Notes under the pieces: model-generated
Database searches by the model: none
The model's input: the letters and a program-made list of their open reading frames with translations, nothing else
Told to the model about the DNA's origin: nothing
Assembly (NCBI GenBank): GCA_963781885.1
Contig: CAWAHW010000003.1
Location: 160,627-224,626 of the forward strand
Source: an uncultured Spirochaetota bacterium
Lineage (GTDB): Bacteria; Spirochaetota; Spirochaetia; SZUA-6; Fen-1364
DNA length: 64,000 nucleotides
Direction: 5' to 3'
Shown: one piece after another, positions 32,302-42,879 of the stretch
How positions within the stretch are numbered: position 1 is the stretch's first letter
Layout of the letters: each line of letters starts with the position of its first letter
Position numbers and translations under genes: made by a program

Positions 32302-33075
32302 CTATGTTGTAAGCTTGGCGTATATGCCCCTGAGGGCCGTCTCATACATCGCCTTGATCGCCTCCTCGTTCGCGGCCAGTGGTCTCGAGGAGACTAGGTC
32401 GAGGACGCGCTCTGACTTGAGTCCCGAATCGAAGGCCGTGGCTACGGAGCCGGACAACATCGCGCGAATCGCCGCCGAGGCCTCGTCCTCTGAAAAACCG
32501 AATCCCTTCGCGATGCGCGTGAGCTCGTAAAACTGGAAGAAAAAGTACGTGGGGCCCATGGCAGTAAGAACCGCATAAGCCTCCAGTTTGGATTCTTCGA
32601 CTTCAGGTTGTTCGCCGAAGGCAGCGAACAACTCACGCAGCGTTTTCCTTTCCGCCTCCTTAAGGACAGGCCCGAAACAGACGGGGTTGTATCCCGCCCC
32701 GACAATCGACGGGGCGTTCGGGAGCATGCGAACGACGCGGTCGAAGCCGCCTAAAGCCTTCGAAATGGCGCTCAGCGAAACCTTAGGCGCAAGCGAGACG
32801 ACTATTGCGTCTGCGCGAGGCTCCAATCGGCCACCACTAATGGCATCGATAATGATGGCGGGGGGCAGGGCGATGAAAAGCAGATCAGAAGCCGCAGCGA
32901 CACCGGCCTGATCCAGGCGCCTTGCTTCGGGGAAGTCTCGCAAAAGGACCGTTGCCGCTTCACTCGAGCTCTCGCTGAACGAGACGTTCGAACAGGCGTA
33001 CCCTGATCGCTTTAATGCGGCGAGGAAAATACGCGCGATCCTTCCTCCTCCGATGAATCCGATTCTCCGACTCAT
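32302..33075 (-). CDS. Pyrroline-5-carboxylate reductase family oxidoreductase
   Basis: IGFIGGGRI, VVRMLPNAPSIVG, AMGPTYFF. Confidence 0.85.
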   Translation of the reverse strand: MSRRIGFIGGGRIARIFLAALKRSGYACSNVSFSESSSEAATVLLRDFPEARRLDQAGVAAASDLLFIALPPAIIIDAISGGRLEPRADAIVVSLAPKVSLSAISKALGGFDRVVRMLPNAPSIVGAGYNPVCFGPVLKEAERKTLRELFAAFGEQPEVEESKLEAYAVLTAMGPTYFFFQFYELTRIAKGFGFSEDEASAAIRAMLSGSVATAFDSGLKSERVLDLVSSRPLAANEEAIKAMYETALRGIYAKLTT

Positions 33076-33126
33076 AATGACCTCCTATGCTATGTTGCAC
33101 AAAAGTGCATAAATATGGGAAAAAAA

Positions 33127-33480
33127 TCAGCAGGTAACTACACATGCACCACCTTGTCGCTGAGCGAGCCGATCTTCCAGACGCTTATCATCGGCTGCAA
33201 GCTCACCGTCAACCGGGACCTCGGTTACGGCCTTGAAGATCGCATCATTCATCGGGCCATGAGTCAGGTCATAGAGCATCATTCGCCCCTCGCGTCGTTC
33301 GTCGACGAGGCCCGCGGCGACGAGAGCCCCGAGGCATTTCGAAATCGTATATTGCGGCTTCTGAAGGACATCAATGATCTCGCAGGCACAGAGCTCAACC
33401 CTCGCTTCGACGAGGAGGCGAAGGGCCCGAAAGCGAGTCGGCTCTCCAACCGCTTTGAATATTTCTATGAAGCTCCTCAT
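33127..33480 (-). CDS. arsR: ArsR/SmtB family regulator
   Basis: FKAVGEPTRFRAL, ELCACEI, PQYTISKCL, RREGRMMLY; TTGACA-17-CATTAT upstream (33516-33488). Confidence 0.88.
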   Translation of the reverse strand: MRSFIEIFKAVGEPTRFRALRLLVEARVELCACEIIDVLQKPQYTISKCLGALVAAGLVDERREGRMMLYDLTHGPMNDAIFKAVTEVPVDGELAADDKRLEDRLAQRQGGACVVTC

Positions 33481-33558
33481 TTATGCAATAATGCACCAAT
33501 GGGCATATAATGTCAATACCTTCTTCGTTGCGCGAACTTTTAACGGCTAAAAAAGGAC

Positions 33559-33700
33559 GGGATAGACATCCTGGACGGCACGCCGCTCCTAGACGTTAAG
33601 CCGTACACGGCGAAGTTCGACCGATTCGAGACTTCTCGAAACGGCTGGCAGGACGACGTTGACGAGGAAACAGCCCGGCGGCGAGGCCGGCGGGTCTATA
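33559..33700 (+). pseudogene. TrmO (TsaA/YaeB) C-terminal remnant
   Basis: Manual translation GIDILDGTPLLDVKPYTAKFD...NGW; no start codon. Confidence 0.7.
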
Positions 33701-33744
33701 AGGGAAAAGGCGCTTTTCGGAACAACTCTACAAAGACGTCTATG

Positions 33745-33822
33745 CTTCTGCATGTTGGCAGAAGAAGCACGGATGACGGTTGTGAAACCGCAGACGCCGG
33801 CGTGGACTGTTAGTTCAGGCAT
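33745..33822 (-). pseudogene. Truncated paralogue of the 29563-29886 Cys-rich protein
   Basis: MPELTVHAGVCGFTTVIRASS, after which similarity is lost. Confidence 0.65.
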
Positions 33823-34414
33823 CTAGTCCCTTTCTCATGGTTGCATGTGCTTCCAGGTCAAGGATCGGGCAGTCGGTGGAAAAACCGGCGGGAGGCACGC
33901 CGAGTGACTGGATGAGCCGCGCCCAGAAGTTGACTTGCGCGGCCGTGCTGGCAACAATCACCATTCCGCGCTCCGAGAAGTGGTTTTGCATGTCGCCAAT
34001 CGCCTCGGGAGTAAATGAAAGAGGCGTGCGGCAGATACACTCCACATACCGCAAGGCGGCCTTTTCCTTTGCGCTAAAAGTTGCCGTGGCATCCAGGGAG
34101 ACCGCGCCCTTCAGTGCAAGTATCTCTTCATCAGAAACACCCTTGCCCTTGAAATCCTTTGCATTCATGTCGATGCAGAATGGGCACGAGACCGTAAAGG
34201 ACACGAAGATCCGTATCAGTGCCAGAAGACGTCGAGGCACCTCTGGTTCGTCGTGCGCAACGAGTCCCTCCATGATCCCCGAGCCGAAAGCCGCCTTTGG
34301 GTACCAGGCGAGAATCCGGTTGGCAAGGAGCGTCCGTCCCATGCGCCGCTCAACCAAAAAGAGGGCAATGCGGAGCAGCAGGGGGATGCGACGGGGCGGC
34401 TCGATGAAGCTCAT
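33815..34414 (-). CDS. Carboxymuconolactone decarboxylase/AhpD family protein
   Basis: VSFTVSCPFCIDMN; FSAKEKAALRY; NFWARL. Confidence 0.85.
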   Translation of the reverse strand: MSFIEPPRRIPLLLRIALFLVERRMGRTLLANRILAWYPKAAFGSGIMEGLVAHDEPEVPRRLLALIRIFVSFTVSCPFCIDMNAKDFKGKGVSDEEILALKGAVSLDATATFSAKEKAALRYVECICRTPLSFTPEAIGDMQNHFSERGMVIVASTAAQVNFWARLIQSLGVPPAGFSTDCPILDLEAHATMRKGLDA

Positions 34415-34421
34415 AAACGCG

Positions 34422-34964
34422 TTATCGGTCCCACACGTAGAGAACCAGGTGGGACAGCTCTATCCGACGCGGTGAACCGAGACCCGACGAAGCCGAAAGC
34501 GCGATAATGCGCTCAGGTGAAAGCCGGTGGGCAAGTGGTGGCCCCTGTTCCTCCGTTCGGTACGGCCATTCAAGTACCGCGACCCTTTTGGCGGAGGCGC
34601 GCCGCGCCTCGCGGAGGGCCGCTTCGGGGTCGTCGGTTTCGTGGAGCACGAGCCCGAGGAAAACCAGATCGAACGAGCCGTCCGCAAAGGGCAGTTTCTC
34701 TGCGACCGCCTCCACAAAAGCGGCCTGGGGAGCGTGCGAGCGGGCAAGAGCCAGCAACTCCAGGGCCGGATCGATCCCCGTTGTTTTCAAGCCTGCCGCG
34801 ATAAACGCTTCGGCGAATATCCCCGTACCCGTGCCGACATCAAGAACGGAAGCGACGGCGCCTCCGTCTACACACATCGCGACGACACGCGAGGTTTCAA
34901 GAAGCGCGAGACGGGCTGGCGCGCGTAGGCGTTCCGCCCCCCCTTGGAACCTTTTTTCATGCAC
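34422..34964 (-). CDS. Class I SAM-dependent methyltransferase
   Basis: VLDVGTGTG, LPFADGSFDLV, LVLHE; GTG start after GGAGG. Confidence 0.88.
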   Translation of the reverse strand: MHEKRFQGGAERLRAPARLALLETSRVVAMCVDGGAVASVLDVGTGTGIFAEAFIAAGLKTTGIDPALELLALARSHAPQAAFVEAVAEKLPFADGSFDLVFLGLVLHETDDPEAALREARRASAKRVAVLEWPYRTEEQGPPLAHRLSPERIIALSASSGLGSPRRIELSHLVLYVWDR

Positions 34965-34989
34965 CGCATCCTCCAATTCCTCTGCTCCC

Positions 34990-35199
34990 TTATGCTGCCG
35001 GCTTCTTCTTTGATGAGATACCGAAGAGAAGATAGAGGGGGCAAACTCCAACGATTGATGTAAGCAGAAAGATCACCGCGAGCACGCCCAAGATTATCGA
35101 CGCGACAAACGTAAGTTGACCCGTGAAAAATAGCACGGCAACCACCACGACCAGCGCGACTCTGATGATCCGATCGAAAATGCCCATGTTCCCTTTCAT
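34990..35199 (-). CDS. DUF2892 (YgaP-like) membrane protein
   Basis: NMGIFDRIIR...GVCPLYLLFGIS; RBS AGGAGG. Confidence 0.9.
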   Translation of the reverse strand: MKGNMGIFDRIIRVALVVVVAVLFFTGQLTFVASIILGVLAVIFLLTSIVGVCPLYLLFGISSKKKPAA

Positions 35200-35269
35200 G
35201 TATGACCTCCTGATATTCGACTTCGAGGTTAACATTAAGGGTTCTGGATATAGTATTCAGTGACTTTAA

Positions 35270-35953
35270 TCACGCTTCAGCCGGCGTTCCCGCCCTTTCT
35301 CTCAATTCAGCGGGCTTCAGGATTGCAATCCTGCCGCGCGACGTGGAGATCATTTTATCGATCTCAAAATCGGAGAGGATTCGGGTTACTACTTCGCGCG
35401 ATGTGCCCAATTCCGCAGCGATCTCGCCGTGGGTCCTGCTCACAGCGGCTCCGTTTTCATTGATGTGCCTGAGCAGAAAAGCCGCGATGCGCATGTCCAT
35501 ATGGTGAAAGGTGACCTCTTCTACAAGCATGAGAACAGCGTCCAGACGACGGGCGTATTGATCGAATATGAAATGACGACATGCGGCGTCTTCTTCCACG
35601 AGCCGGTTGAAAAGAGGGGCGGGCAGAAGAAGAATCTGAGTATGTCCTTCTGCTTCCGCGATTGCCGGGAAGCTGCCGCCGTTGAGGATACAGGTGGCTG
35701 ATAGGATGCAGCTTTCGCCCTGTTCGATGCGGTACAGCGTCACCTCCTTGCCGGCTTCCGAGACCTTGTAGATGCGCAGAGCGCCTCCCAGTACGAACGG
35801 AAGATAGGCGCACTCGGACCCGCCCGATACGAGCACCTGCCGGTTCTCCAGGGTCTTTCGTATCGACTGTGCCCCAAGCGCCTCACGCAACCGCGCAGGC
35901 AGGGTCGCGATGAAAGGAAAGCTCCTCTCGATCAGATCGTCCATGGAACGCAT
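35270..35953 (-). CDS. Crp/Fnr family regulator
   Basis: GKEVTLYRIEQGESC, THGEIAAELGTSREVVTRIL. Confidence 0.93.
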   Translation of the reverse strand: MRSMDDLIERSFPFIATLPARLREALGAQSIRKTLENRQVLVSGGSECAYLPFVLGGALRIYKVSEAGKEVTLYRIEQGESCILSATCILNGGSFPAIAEAEGHTQILLLPAPLFNRLVEEDAACRHFIFDQYARRLDAVLMLVEEVTFHHMDMRIAAFLLRHINENGAAVSRTHGEIAAELGTSREVVTRILSDFEIDKMISTSRGRIAILKPAELRERAGTPAEA

Positions 35954-36181
35954 CCTATCATGAAGGCCCCCAAAGACGCGAGCATCCCCCCGGGACAGAT
36001 AACATCATAGCTGTATTCCTGTTCCCCGCACTGGGGCACCTCATCCGCAACGCTGTTCGCCCCATTCTTCTCGACCTTGTGTCCTGGGCCGCGGTTGCCG
36101 GAGCATCGCTTATCGTCCGCGGTTTGGGAATATGAGTATCTCGACCCATTTGACCGCTATATTGCAGATGAAGCACGGAGC

Positions 36182-36520
36182 ATGAAAGGTACCGCCGAAT
36201 ATGTGACGATGTCCGTCGAGGACACATTGCTGGAGCTGGAATCCGCCCCCGAGTGCCTTGGAGAGGCGGACGCCATCAGGAGGCTATACGGAAGAAACGA
36301 GGTCACGCAGCGCAAGAGAAATCCGCTCATCGAGTTTCTCTTGCGTTTCTGGGGACCGATGCCATGGCTGCTGGAGCTTGCGATAGCTCTCTCGGTCGCA
36401 CTTGGGCACGATCTGGAGGCTGTCATCATTGCCGTTCTAGCAGTGACGAACGCCGTCATTGGCTACCTTCATTCGCGGGTAGGCCATCAAACGCCTATCG
36501 GTAGGCGCTCAACAGATTGA
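36182..36520 (+). pseudogene. P-type H+-ATPase N-terminal remnant
   Basis: YGRNEV...RFWGPMPWLLELAIALS...NAVIGY, then ends at the convergent sigma gene. Confidence 0.75.
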
Positions 36521-37353
36521 CGCAGGAAGGGTGACGGAGGTGATCGATCGCCACCTTCTCGATCTGGCGGACTCTCTCCAGTGTAAGGCCATACTTGAGG
36601 CCGATGGTCTTTAGCGTCATTCGCCCCTTTCCATTCAATCCGAATCGATACTGAAGAATCTCGGATTCTTTCTGCGAAAGGGTAGCGAGCACCGCTTTGA
36701 CTTCATCGCAGAGCGAGCCTATGACAAAGATCTCCTCGGGAAGGTCGTTCTTTTTGTCCTCCACGAAATCCACAAGCCGCGAAAAGCCGTCCTTCACTCC
36801 GCAAGGAGCTTCAAGGGAAAGCAGCTCGCGAGAAATGTCCAGAAGTTCCGCGAAACTCTCGCGATCCCCAGGCGCGATCTGCGACCTGAGACGAGGCTCC
36901 ATCTGGCGCTCGTGGTCAAGATTCTCTTGCATCCGCTTGACCTGGAGAATCTGCAGCATCTTGTCCCTCGGGATGTGGATGATGCGAGATTTTTCGTTGA
37001 TTGCCCGAAGAATCGCCTGACGGATCCACCACACAGCGTAGGAGACAAGACGACAACCTTTTGAAGGATCGAACCGCTCGACGGCATTCATGAGGCCGAT
37101 GTTGCCTTCATTGATGAGGTCCTCAAGCGGGAATCCATCAGCATGGAACCGCTTCGCAATCTTAACAACGAACCGCAGGTTGGCGTTGATGAGCCTTTCC
37201 TTTGCAGCCTGATCGCCTTTTCGTGCGCGGCGTGCACACGCGTCTTCTTCCATGCGTGTCAGAAGAGGGATTCTCCGGATCTCCTCAAAGTAGATGTCAA
37301 GGCTGTTTCCATCTGCCTCGTAGTCCGTCCCGTCGTAACGCTTCTCTCATCAT
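36495..37353 (-). CDS. RNA polymerase sigma70 factor (RpoD/SigA family, short form); N-terminal frameshift
   Basis: Region 1.2 SLDIYFEEIRRIPLLT in frame upstream of 37253; NLRFVVKIAK, DLINEGNIGL, YAVWWIRQ, LTLERVRQIE. Confidence 0.85.
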
Positions 37354-37690
37354 CCTTCCCTCGTTCCGGCGGTCATGTTCCCTCCAATGGTGCAAGAATG
37401 CGCGATACGCGTGCCACCCGGCATCATCAACGGAATGACGTTTCTGTCAAAACTCTTTTCACAGTCATGTCGACGAAGAACGACGAGGGAGGGTTGCGCA
37501 GCCGGGCTGAGTCGCGCCAGCCCTTCCGGGGTCGGTGGCGAGGTGGGTGGGGCGGACGCGAATTCTCTTGGGGCGGAGGCATTTGGGGGGTATCTCAGAC
37601 CTTGAAACTTCGACGTCGCAAGGTCGAAATATTTCGACATGCAATCAGTGAAGTTTCGACTTTTCCTTCAATTGGTCCGAGGCATTATGG

Positions 37691-38398
37691 ATGCATGGAA
37701 GACGTTGCATCTTGAAGCAACGAGCATTTGGCGCGCACGGGAAAAAAGAAGCGAAGGCGGGAATAATCGTTGGCATGTTGGTGACTGTAGCGGCTGGCCT
37801 CGCCGTGCTGCTGCTGACATACCGCACCAGCCCAAGGCCCGTGGAGAGTGTCCCCGATGGCCGACAGGCCGAATATGGGCGGATCGAGACGAGCCGCGAC
37901 ATTATCCGGTTCATATCATTCAGCCGCGACTCGGATGTCATCGTCCTCGCTATCCAGAACAAAAGCCCTCACCCGGCCGGGAGACTGTTCATCCTCCTTG
38001 ATCGGTTCGCGCGCAATGCCTTACGTGCCGCCATGCAGAAATATAAGACCTGGAAGAAGATCGCTCGGAGAAAGGCCGCCAACAGATCCAAGACCATGAC
38101 GACGTTAGAACTTACGCAATTGTCTTACGAGAATGGAAGGTGGCTCTACGAAAGCAACCTGGACATTTCAATCGTATTCGCTTCGCCCGCCTTCGTCGGT
38201 GCCAACTCAAGAGACTTCTTCAACGCAGAACCATCTTATGCCGCAGTCAGTTCATTTTTGATCGCATACGGTCGAAACAACGTCGCTCTGAATGATGATC
38301 AAGCGAAGGCTTTCAGCAACCTGCTACAGGAAGAGGCAGTGAACCGGGGCTCCCGGGAAGCAATGGAAAAGCAAGAAGCGATCGATATTCTCGATTGA
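37691..38398 (+). CDS. Hypothetical protein with N-terminal membrane anchor
   Basis: Long ORF with one hydrophobic segment; no family recognised; start uncertain. Confidence 0.5.
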   Translation: MHGRRCILKQRAFGAHGKKEAKAGIIVGMLVTVAAGLAVLLLTYRTSPRPVESVPDGRQAEYGRIETSRDIIRFISFSRDSDVIVLAIQNKSPHPAGRLFILLDRFARNALRAAMQKYKTWKKIARRKAANRSKTMTTLELTQLSYENGRWLYESNLDISIVFASPAFVGANSRDFFNAEPSYAAVSSFLIAYGRNNVALNDDQAKAFSNLLQEEAVNRGSREAMEKQEAIDILD

Positions 38399-39121
38399 AA
38401 AAGGCCCGCAACGCGCATGACACCGCCGAAGAGTTCCATCGGTCGAGTGGATCACCGTTGCACGGATCCTATGGCCCGGGCCGAGCGACGTTCAATCAGC
38501 GCCCGGGAAGTCTCTCACGTTTTCGTCGCACTACATCCGACGAGCACACATTGAAGTCCGCAAAGCAGGGACGACGGGACTCATGACCTTTCACCACATC
38601 CGCTTGCTTCTGAAAAGGTCGATTTCTCGTACTTTGACGACGAGCAAGATCCGCTTCTTGTCGAAAACTTGCAAGAACTCTGGACAGATTGAAGCCCGTT
38701 GGGTCGGCTCGCTGTAAAGACGAGCCTTGCGATATCTATCGTACGGATCCGCAAGCGGGATTTGGGGACTGCGGTGATTTGATCGGCCTTTCTTCTACGA
38801 CCGCAACGGCTTTGTTGGACGAGCGCATGTAGCTAGTAGTCGGAAGACCGCTTAACGGCAGCAGGCTATGGCGCATGAGGACGTCGTGCTTGCAAAGGGT
38901 TTTTATTACCCCGGCTTGAAACTTTAGGAACACTATTTGCCAAGTCCAGCTGGGCGCGTATGTCAGCTTTTGCCTATTAAGATGTGGCTATGAGACTTCA
39001 AGGTCAGTGATCCGATAAGCCAACGCGGGGACCTTTGGCCAAATGGAAGAATTTAGTTGCATCAAAGAATTGCGGCATAGCTTACGTGACGGACATGCGT
39101 GCAGGCATATTGGGTAGAGAA

Positions 39122-40133
39122 TCACTGGCGCGACGACTCGACGATCGGTGGCAGTGTCAACGATGCTCCCTTGGCAAGAGCAATCGTTGACGATGGCGAG
39201 GTTGCCCCCACGCTTATCGTATACGTGCCCGGAGGTATGTCTACGAAATGAAAAGAATCCTTGCGGGCCGCCACCCCAGGGATGCACAGCTCAGTGCTGC
39301 ACGCCTGAACCTGGATGCCGGGAACGCATCTCCCGCAGCATCCACAACTCGGCCGCTGATCGCTCGCTGCCGCTCGGCCAGAAATGAGAATCTGCGCCGC
39401 AGCCGTTATCCGCATACTCACGCTGTCCTGAATAAGGCCGATGATGGAACTGGATTGCGTGTTCAGATCCTTCGGAAGCTCGATGACTACATCGGCCGAG
39501 GAGGCGGGCAGCTGCTTCACAGTCCGAACAACATTAGAGTGCAAGAGATTCCTCCCCGCGTTTTCGCCTGCGGTGGGTGTTGCGCCAAGGCCCGATTCGA
39601 CGACGGCGAGGAGAAGGACTGACCCACGAGGCGCGCCGCGGACGTCCGCATGAATCCGAATTGAGTTCTCGGAAGTGAAAGCGCCGAGGGAAATGGCGGC
39701 GTTTGTTGCGGGCGTGGACATGAGCGCGTTATGCGCCATCAATTCCACTCCGCTTACATCCGCGGCATTTTCTGGAACAAGAGTTCCGTTGATGACGGCC
39801 TGTGGCGTATAGACCGAAGAGGGCAAAGCCCGCGCATAGGCGTACTGGCGTTCCGTGGCGAATCGATTCCCAAATGGATCCTTCCACCCGAGGTAGTCCC
39901 AGTAATCGACATGCCATTCGAGGACGTAAATCGGAGCTGCCTGCGTGGCGGCATCTCGGACAATCTTGGAGAATGCCTGATCTGCGGGGGGACAACTCGA
40001 GCATCCTTCGGACGTGAAGAGCTCGACGACTGCAAATCCATTTGAGCGGTGCCGCCGCGGCAGCAAGCGGGGCCATGAGTGCCATGACCAGACCTGCAAG
40101 TAGAAGCCTGAGACCCATCGTTCGGGGCAGCAT
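39122..40133 (-). CDS. DUF1223 thioredoxin-like secreted protein (frameshift after signal peptide)
   Basis: VVELFTSEGCSSCPPAD, HVDYWDYLGWKDPF, YTPQ, GENAGRNL; signal peptide in the ORF starting at 40133. Confidence 0.82.
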
Positions 40134-40290
40134 GATTCCTCCTTCTTGGAAGAATGTACCCTCCAGAAGTCACGAGAGTATCACGGCGGAACGAAGAATC
40201 CGTCACGTCGCGAAGTGAACCTTTCGAAATTGATTTGTGACACTTCCGTGAACTCATTTCCCTACCCTCGAAACTCATGGAGGGTACATC

Positions 40291-41304
40291 ATGAGAAGAA
40301 TGGGAACTGTGAGTCGACTTGGTTTGATCGTTCTTTCTTTGGCCGCGGCCGTACTTGCCGGATGCGCGACAAGCGGCACCATGGCAAGCGACAAGACCAT
40401 GATGAAGGATCAGAACGCCGGTATGTCACCTATGGCACCCGCAATGGCCATGGATCCAATGAAAAGCCAGCAGGTCAGCATCGATAGATTCGGATCAGGC
40501 GCTCATCTCCAGATGCGGGACGCCATGAATCACCTGCCCGGCCCTAACATGCCGGTCGATTTTGATGTGTTGCCATTTGTCACAACCGGTCTTGGGCCAC
40601 ACGGCGAGACTGTCATGTACTACAACTTCGATGTGCAGTCAACGACCCCCGCGCCCATTTATGTTCTGTACCGCAAGGGAGAGAGCGGGCCCGCGGCGGG
40701 TCAGCTCAACATAGTCGATGTTGTGCCCAGCCAGTCTGGCTATAACGATTTTTGGCAGGTCAACAAGGTCACCGTGCCCTCCGACTATGTTGCGAACTCG
40801 GTTGGGAGCCTCTCGGCTATTATCGCAGCGGGGTATCCGATCGAGAAGACTGGCATGCTTGTCAACTGCCCCATTGTCCCCGCCGGATCGATGGCACGAC
40901 ATCGGCTGAATGGGAGCGATACCGGCTTGCATATGGGCTGGTATCGAAACAAGATCGTGTCCTACTTCAATTTCACCGAGGCCCCTCTCATGGTCGACGC
41001 CGCGGGGAAAGTCCCCGTTTCGCCGATCTATGTCGCTTTCAATGTGAACCCCGATATGCCAAATGGCGGGCCAGCTTCAGGATTCAAGACGACGATGGGC
41101 ACTTCCCAGACCCATAATGTGCTGGCGACGCTGCCCGGCGACATGGAGTATTCACCGTTATGGCTTGTCAGCGCGTATGACGGCATGAGCTTCGACAAGG
41201 TGATGGATCTCTCCAGCGCCATGGGCGCTATGACCCTCGCGAAGGAAATAGCGACCGTCAACTGCCCGGTCTTTTCAGTCGCGCCCGCGATGATGGGGAA
41301 ATAG
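40291..41304 (+). CDS. Met-rich lipoprotein with a duplicated domain
   Basis: Lipobox LAGC; two homologous halves (YYNF..PIYV..NIVD..Y.DFW.V..VNCP and YFNF..PIYV..NVLA..YSPLW.V..VNCP). Confidence 0.8.
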   Translation: MRRMGTVSRLGLIVLSLAAAVLAGCATSGTMASDKTMMKDQNAGMSPMAPAMAMDPMKSQQVSIDRFGSGAHLQMRDAMNHLPGPNMPVDFDVLPFVTTGLGPHGETVMYYNFDVQSTTPAPIYVLYRKGESGPAAGQLNIVDVVPSQSGYNDFWQVNKVTVPSDYVANSVGSLSAIIAAGYPIEKTGMLVNCPIVPAGSMARHRLNGSDTGLHMGWYRNKIVSYFNFTEAPLMVDAAGKVPVSPIYVAFNVNPDMPNGGPASGFKTTMGTSQTHNVLATLPGDMEYSPLWLVSAYDGMSFDKVMDLSSAMGAMTLAKEIATVNCPVFSVAPAMMGK

Positions 41305-41324
41305 TTACCAAGGAACGCATATTC

Positions 41325-41350
41325 GATTGGGGGGCTATCGCTCCCCAATC
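41325..41350 (+). terminator. GC-rich hairpin after the lipoprotein gene
   Basis: GATTGGGG...CCCCAATC stem; no clear U-tract. Confidence 0.35.
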
Positions 41351-41424
41351 AATCTCCAACAGCCAGCGGGCGGCCGGCCGAGCTGAAGTTGCGCGGGCAG
41401 GGGTTCGAGCATATACTGCTTGGA

Positions 41425-42879
41425 ATGCAAGAGAGACGATCTCGATCATTTTCGCTGACGTTCAAGGTCGATTTTCTTCTGATTGCCGCCCTCGCGCTCG
41501 GGATCGGCGCGGTCATGGCGGCTTTTGCCATTTCCCTGGTGAGCTTCCGCGATCAGCTGACGACACAGAGCCTCAAGAGACAGGGAGACGATCACTTTGT
41601 CGCGGTGGAAACCCTGATGATTTCCGGCAATGCCCCTGAAGCTGTGAACTATTTCACGAAGGTCAACCTCACAAGCGCCGCGACATCCATAACGCTTTAC
41701 CGGCGGGACGGGACGAGGGCGTTCTCCGACAACAGCACCATTGAGCGGGTGAACAAGAATCTCGGTGTGCAGCGCTTTCAGACAAAGGATCGTCCTCCAC
41801 CTCCGGGCAAGACAATGCCGACCCCCCGGTTCGCGCTCGCCGCGGGCCTTCCTCCGCAGGAGCTCTTCTTCAGGGATGACGAAGGTCCCGTCTTCGCGGG
41901 GGGCACCGCCTATTTCCGCGCGTATCGGCCTCTCATCAATCTTCCCAAGTGCACCGTTTGTCACGGTGCCGACCACACGGTCCGTGGCGTCATCGACATC
42001 AGGAGTGACGTCACGGGCGTGATCAAGGCGCAAGCCGTCACGATAGGCGAGGCGGGTGTTGGATTTCTCGCGGTCGTCACCATCCTCGCCTTCATCATTG
42101 GCTCCTTTCTCAGGCGCGTGGTGCTCAAGCCGGTCCAGGCGATAGGAAGGCTTTGCACCAATGTCGCGGCGGGGGACTTCAAGGGAAAGGTCGACGTGAA
42201 GGGCAATGACGAGATTGGCATTCTCGGCCGGACGGTGAATGCGATGGTCGGAGGGCTTCACGAACGCTTCGAGCTCACAAAGTATGTCTCTGCGAGCACC
42301 ATCGGTTCTCTCAAGGAAAGCCAGGAGCCGAAGCGTGTTCCGCGTACTCTCCTTTTTACGGATGTGCGCGGTTTTACCTCCTACACGGAGCGCCGCAGTC
42401 CCGAGCAGGTCGTGGATGTCTTGAACCGCCTTTTGGAGAAACAATCCGCGATTATCCAGAACAACGGCGGTGACATCGACAAGTTCGTCGGTGACGAGAT
42501 CGTCGCCGTCTTCTCTGGTGCCGATGCCCCGCGCCGCGCGTGTGCCGCCGCGTTCGGCATCGTCCGCCTCTGCTCTGAAAGCTCCAGCGAGTTCGACGGT
42601 CTGACGGTGGGAGCCGGAATCGCTGCCGGCTCGGTGATCCACGGAATGATCGGGTCCGCGCGGCGCGCCGATTTCACCGTTATCGGGGATTCGGTGAACG
42701 TGGCAAGCCGTCTCTGCGGGATTGCAAAAGGACTACAGGTCGTGGTGACTGACACTACCAAGCTGGAGGCGGAGAGCGCGTTTCTGTTCAAGGGACCATT
42801 TTCAGTGAAGCTCAAGGGCAAGAACCAGCCCGCGCGAGTGTGGCTGCTTGCGGGACCGGCCCAGGGGAGGACGACATGA
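41425..42879 (+). CDS. Class III adenylate cyclase with periplasmic heme-c sensor and HAMP domain
   Basis: 2 TM; CTVCH before TM2; HAMP (DEIGILGRTVNAM); FTDVRGFT, DKFVGD, FTVIGDSVNVASRL. Confidence 0.9.
   Translation: MQERRSRSFSLTFKVDFLLIAALALGIGAVMAAFAISLVSFRDQLTTQSLKRQGDDHFVAVETLMISGNAPEAVNYFTKVNLTSAATSITLYRRDGTRAFSDNSTIERVNKNLGVQRFQTKDRPPPPGKTMPTPRFALAAGLPPQELFFRDDEGPVFAGGTAYFRAYRPLINLPKCTVCHGADHTVRGVIDIRSDVTGVIKAQAVTIGEAGVGFLAVVTILAFIIGSFLRRVVLKPVQAIGRLCTNVAAGDFKGKVDVKGNDEIGILGRTVNAMVGGLHERFELTKYVSASTIGSLKESQEPKRVPRTLLFTDVRGFTSYTERRSPEQVVDVLNRLLEKQSAIIQNNGGDIDKFVGDEIVAVFSGADAPRRACAAAFGIVRLCSESSSEFDGLTVGAGIAAGSVIHGMIGSARRADFTVIGDSVNVASRLCGIAKGLQVVVTDTTKLEAESAFLFKGPFSVKLKGKNQPARVWLLAGPAQGRTT

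Noticed and set aside
37347-37376. TGA-TGA readthrough or selenocysteine in the sigma factor N-terminus
   Set aside because: More simply an ATGATG start after an AGGGAAGG RBS in another frame plus a 1-nt indel; no SECIS evidence.
38400-39120. Possible ncRNA in a long intergenic gap
   Set aside because: I could not support any riboswitch or RNA family motif by eye; an Infernal/Rfam scan would be needed.
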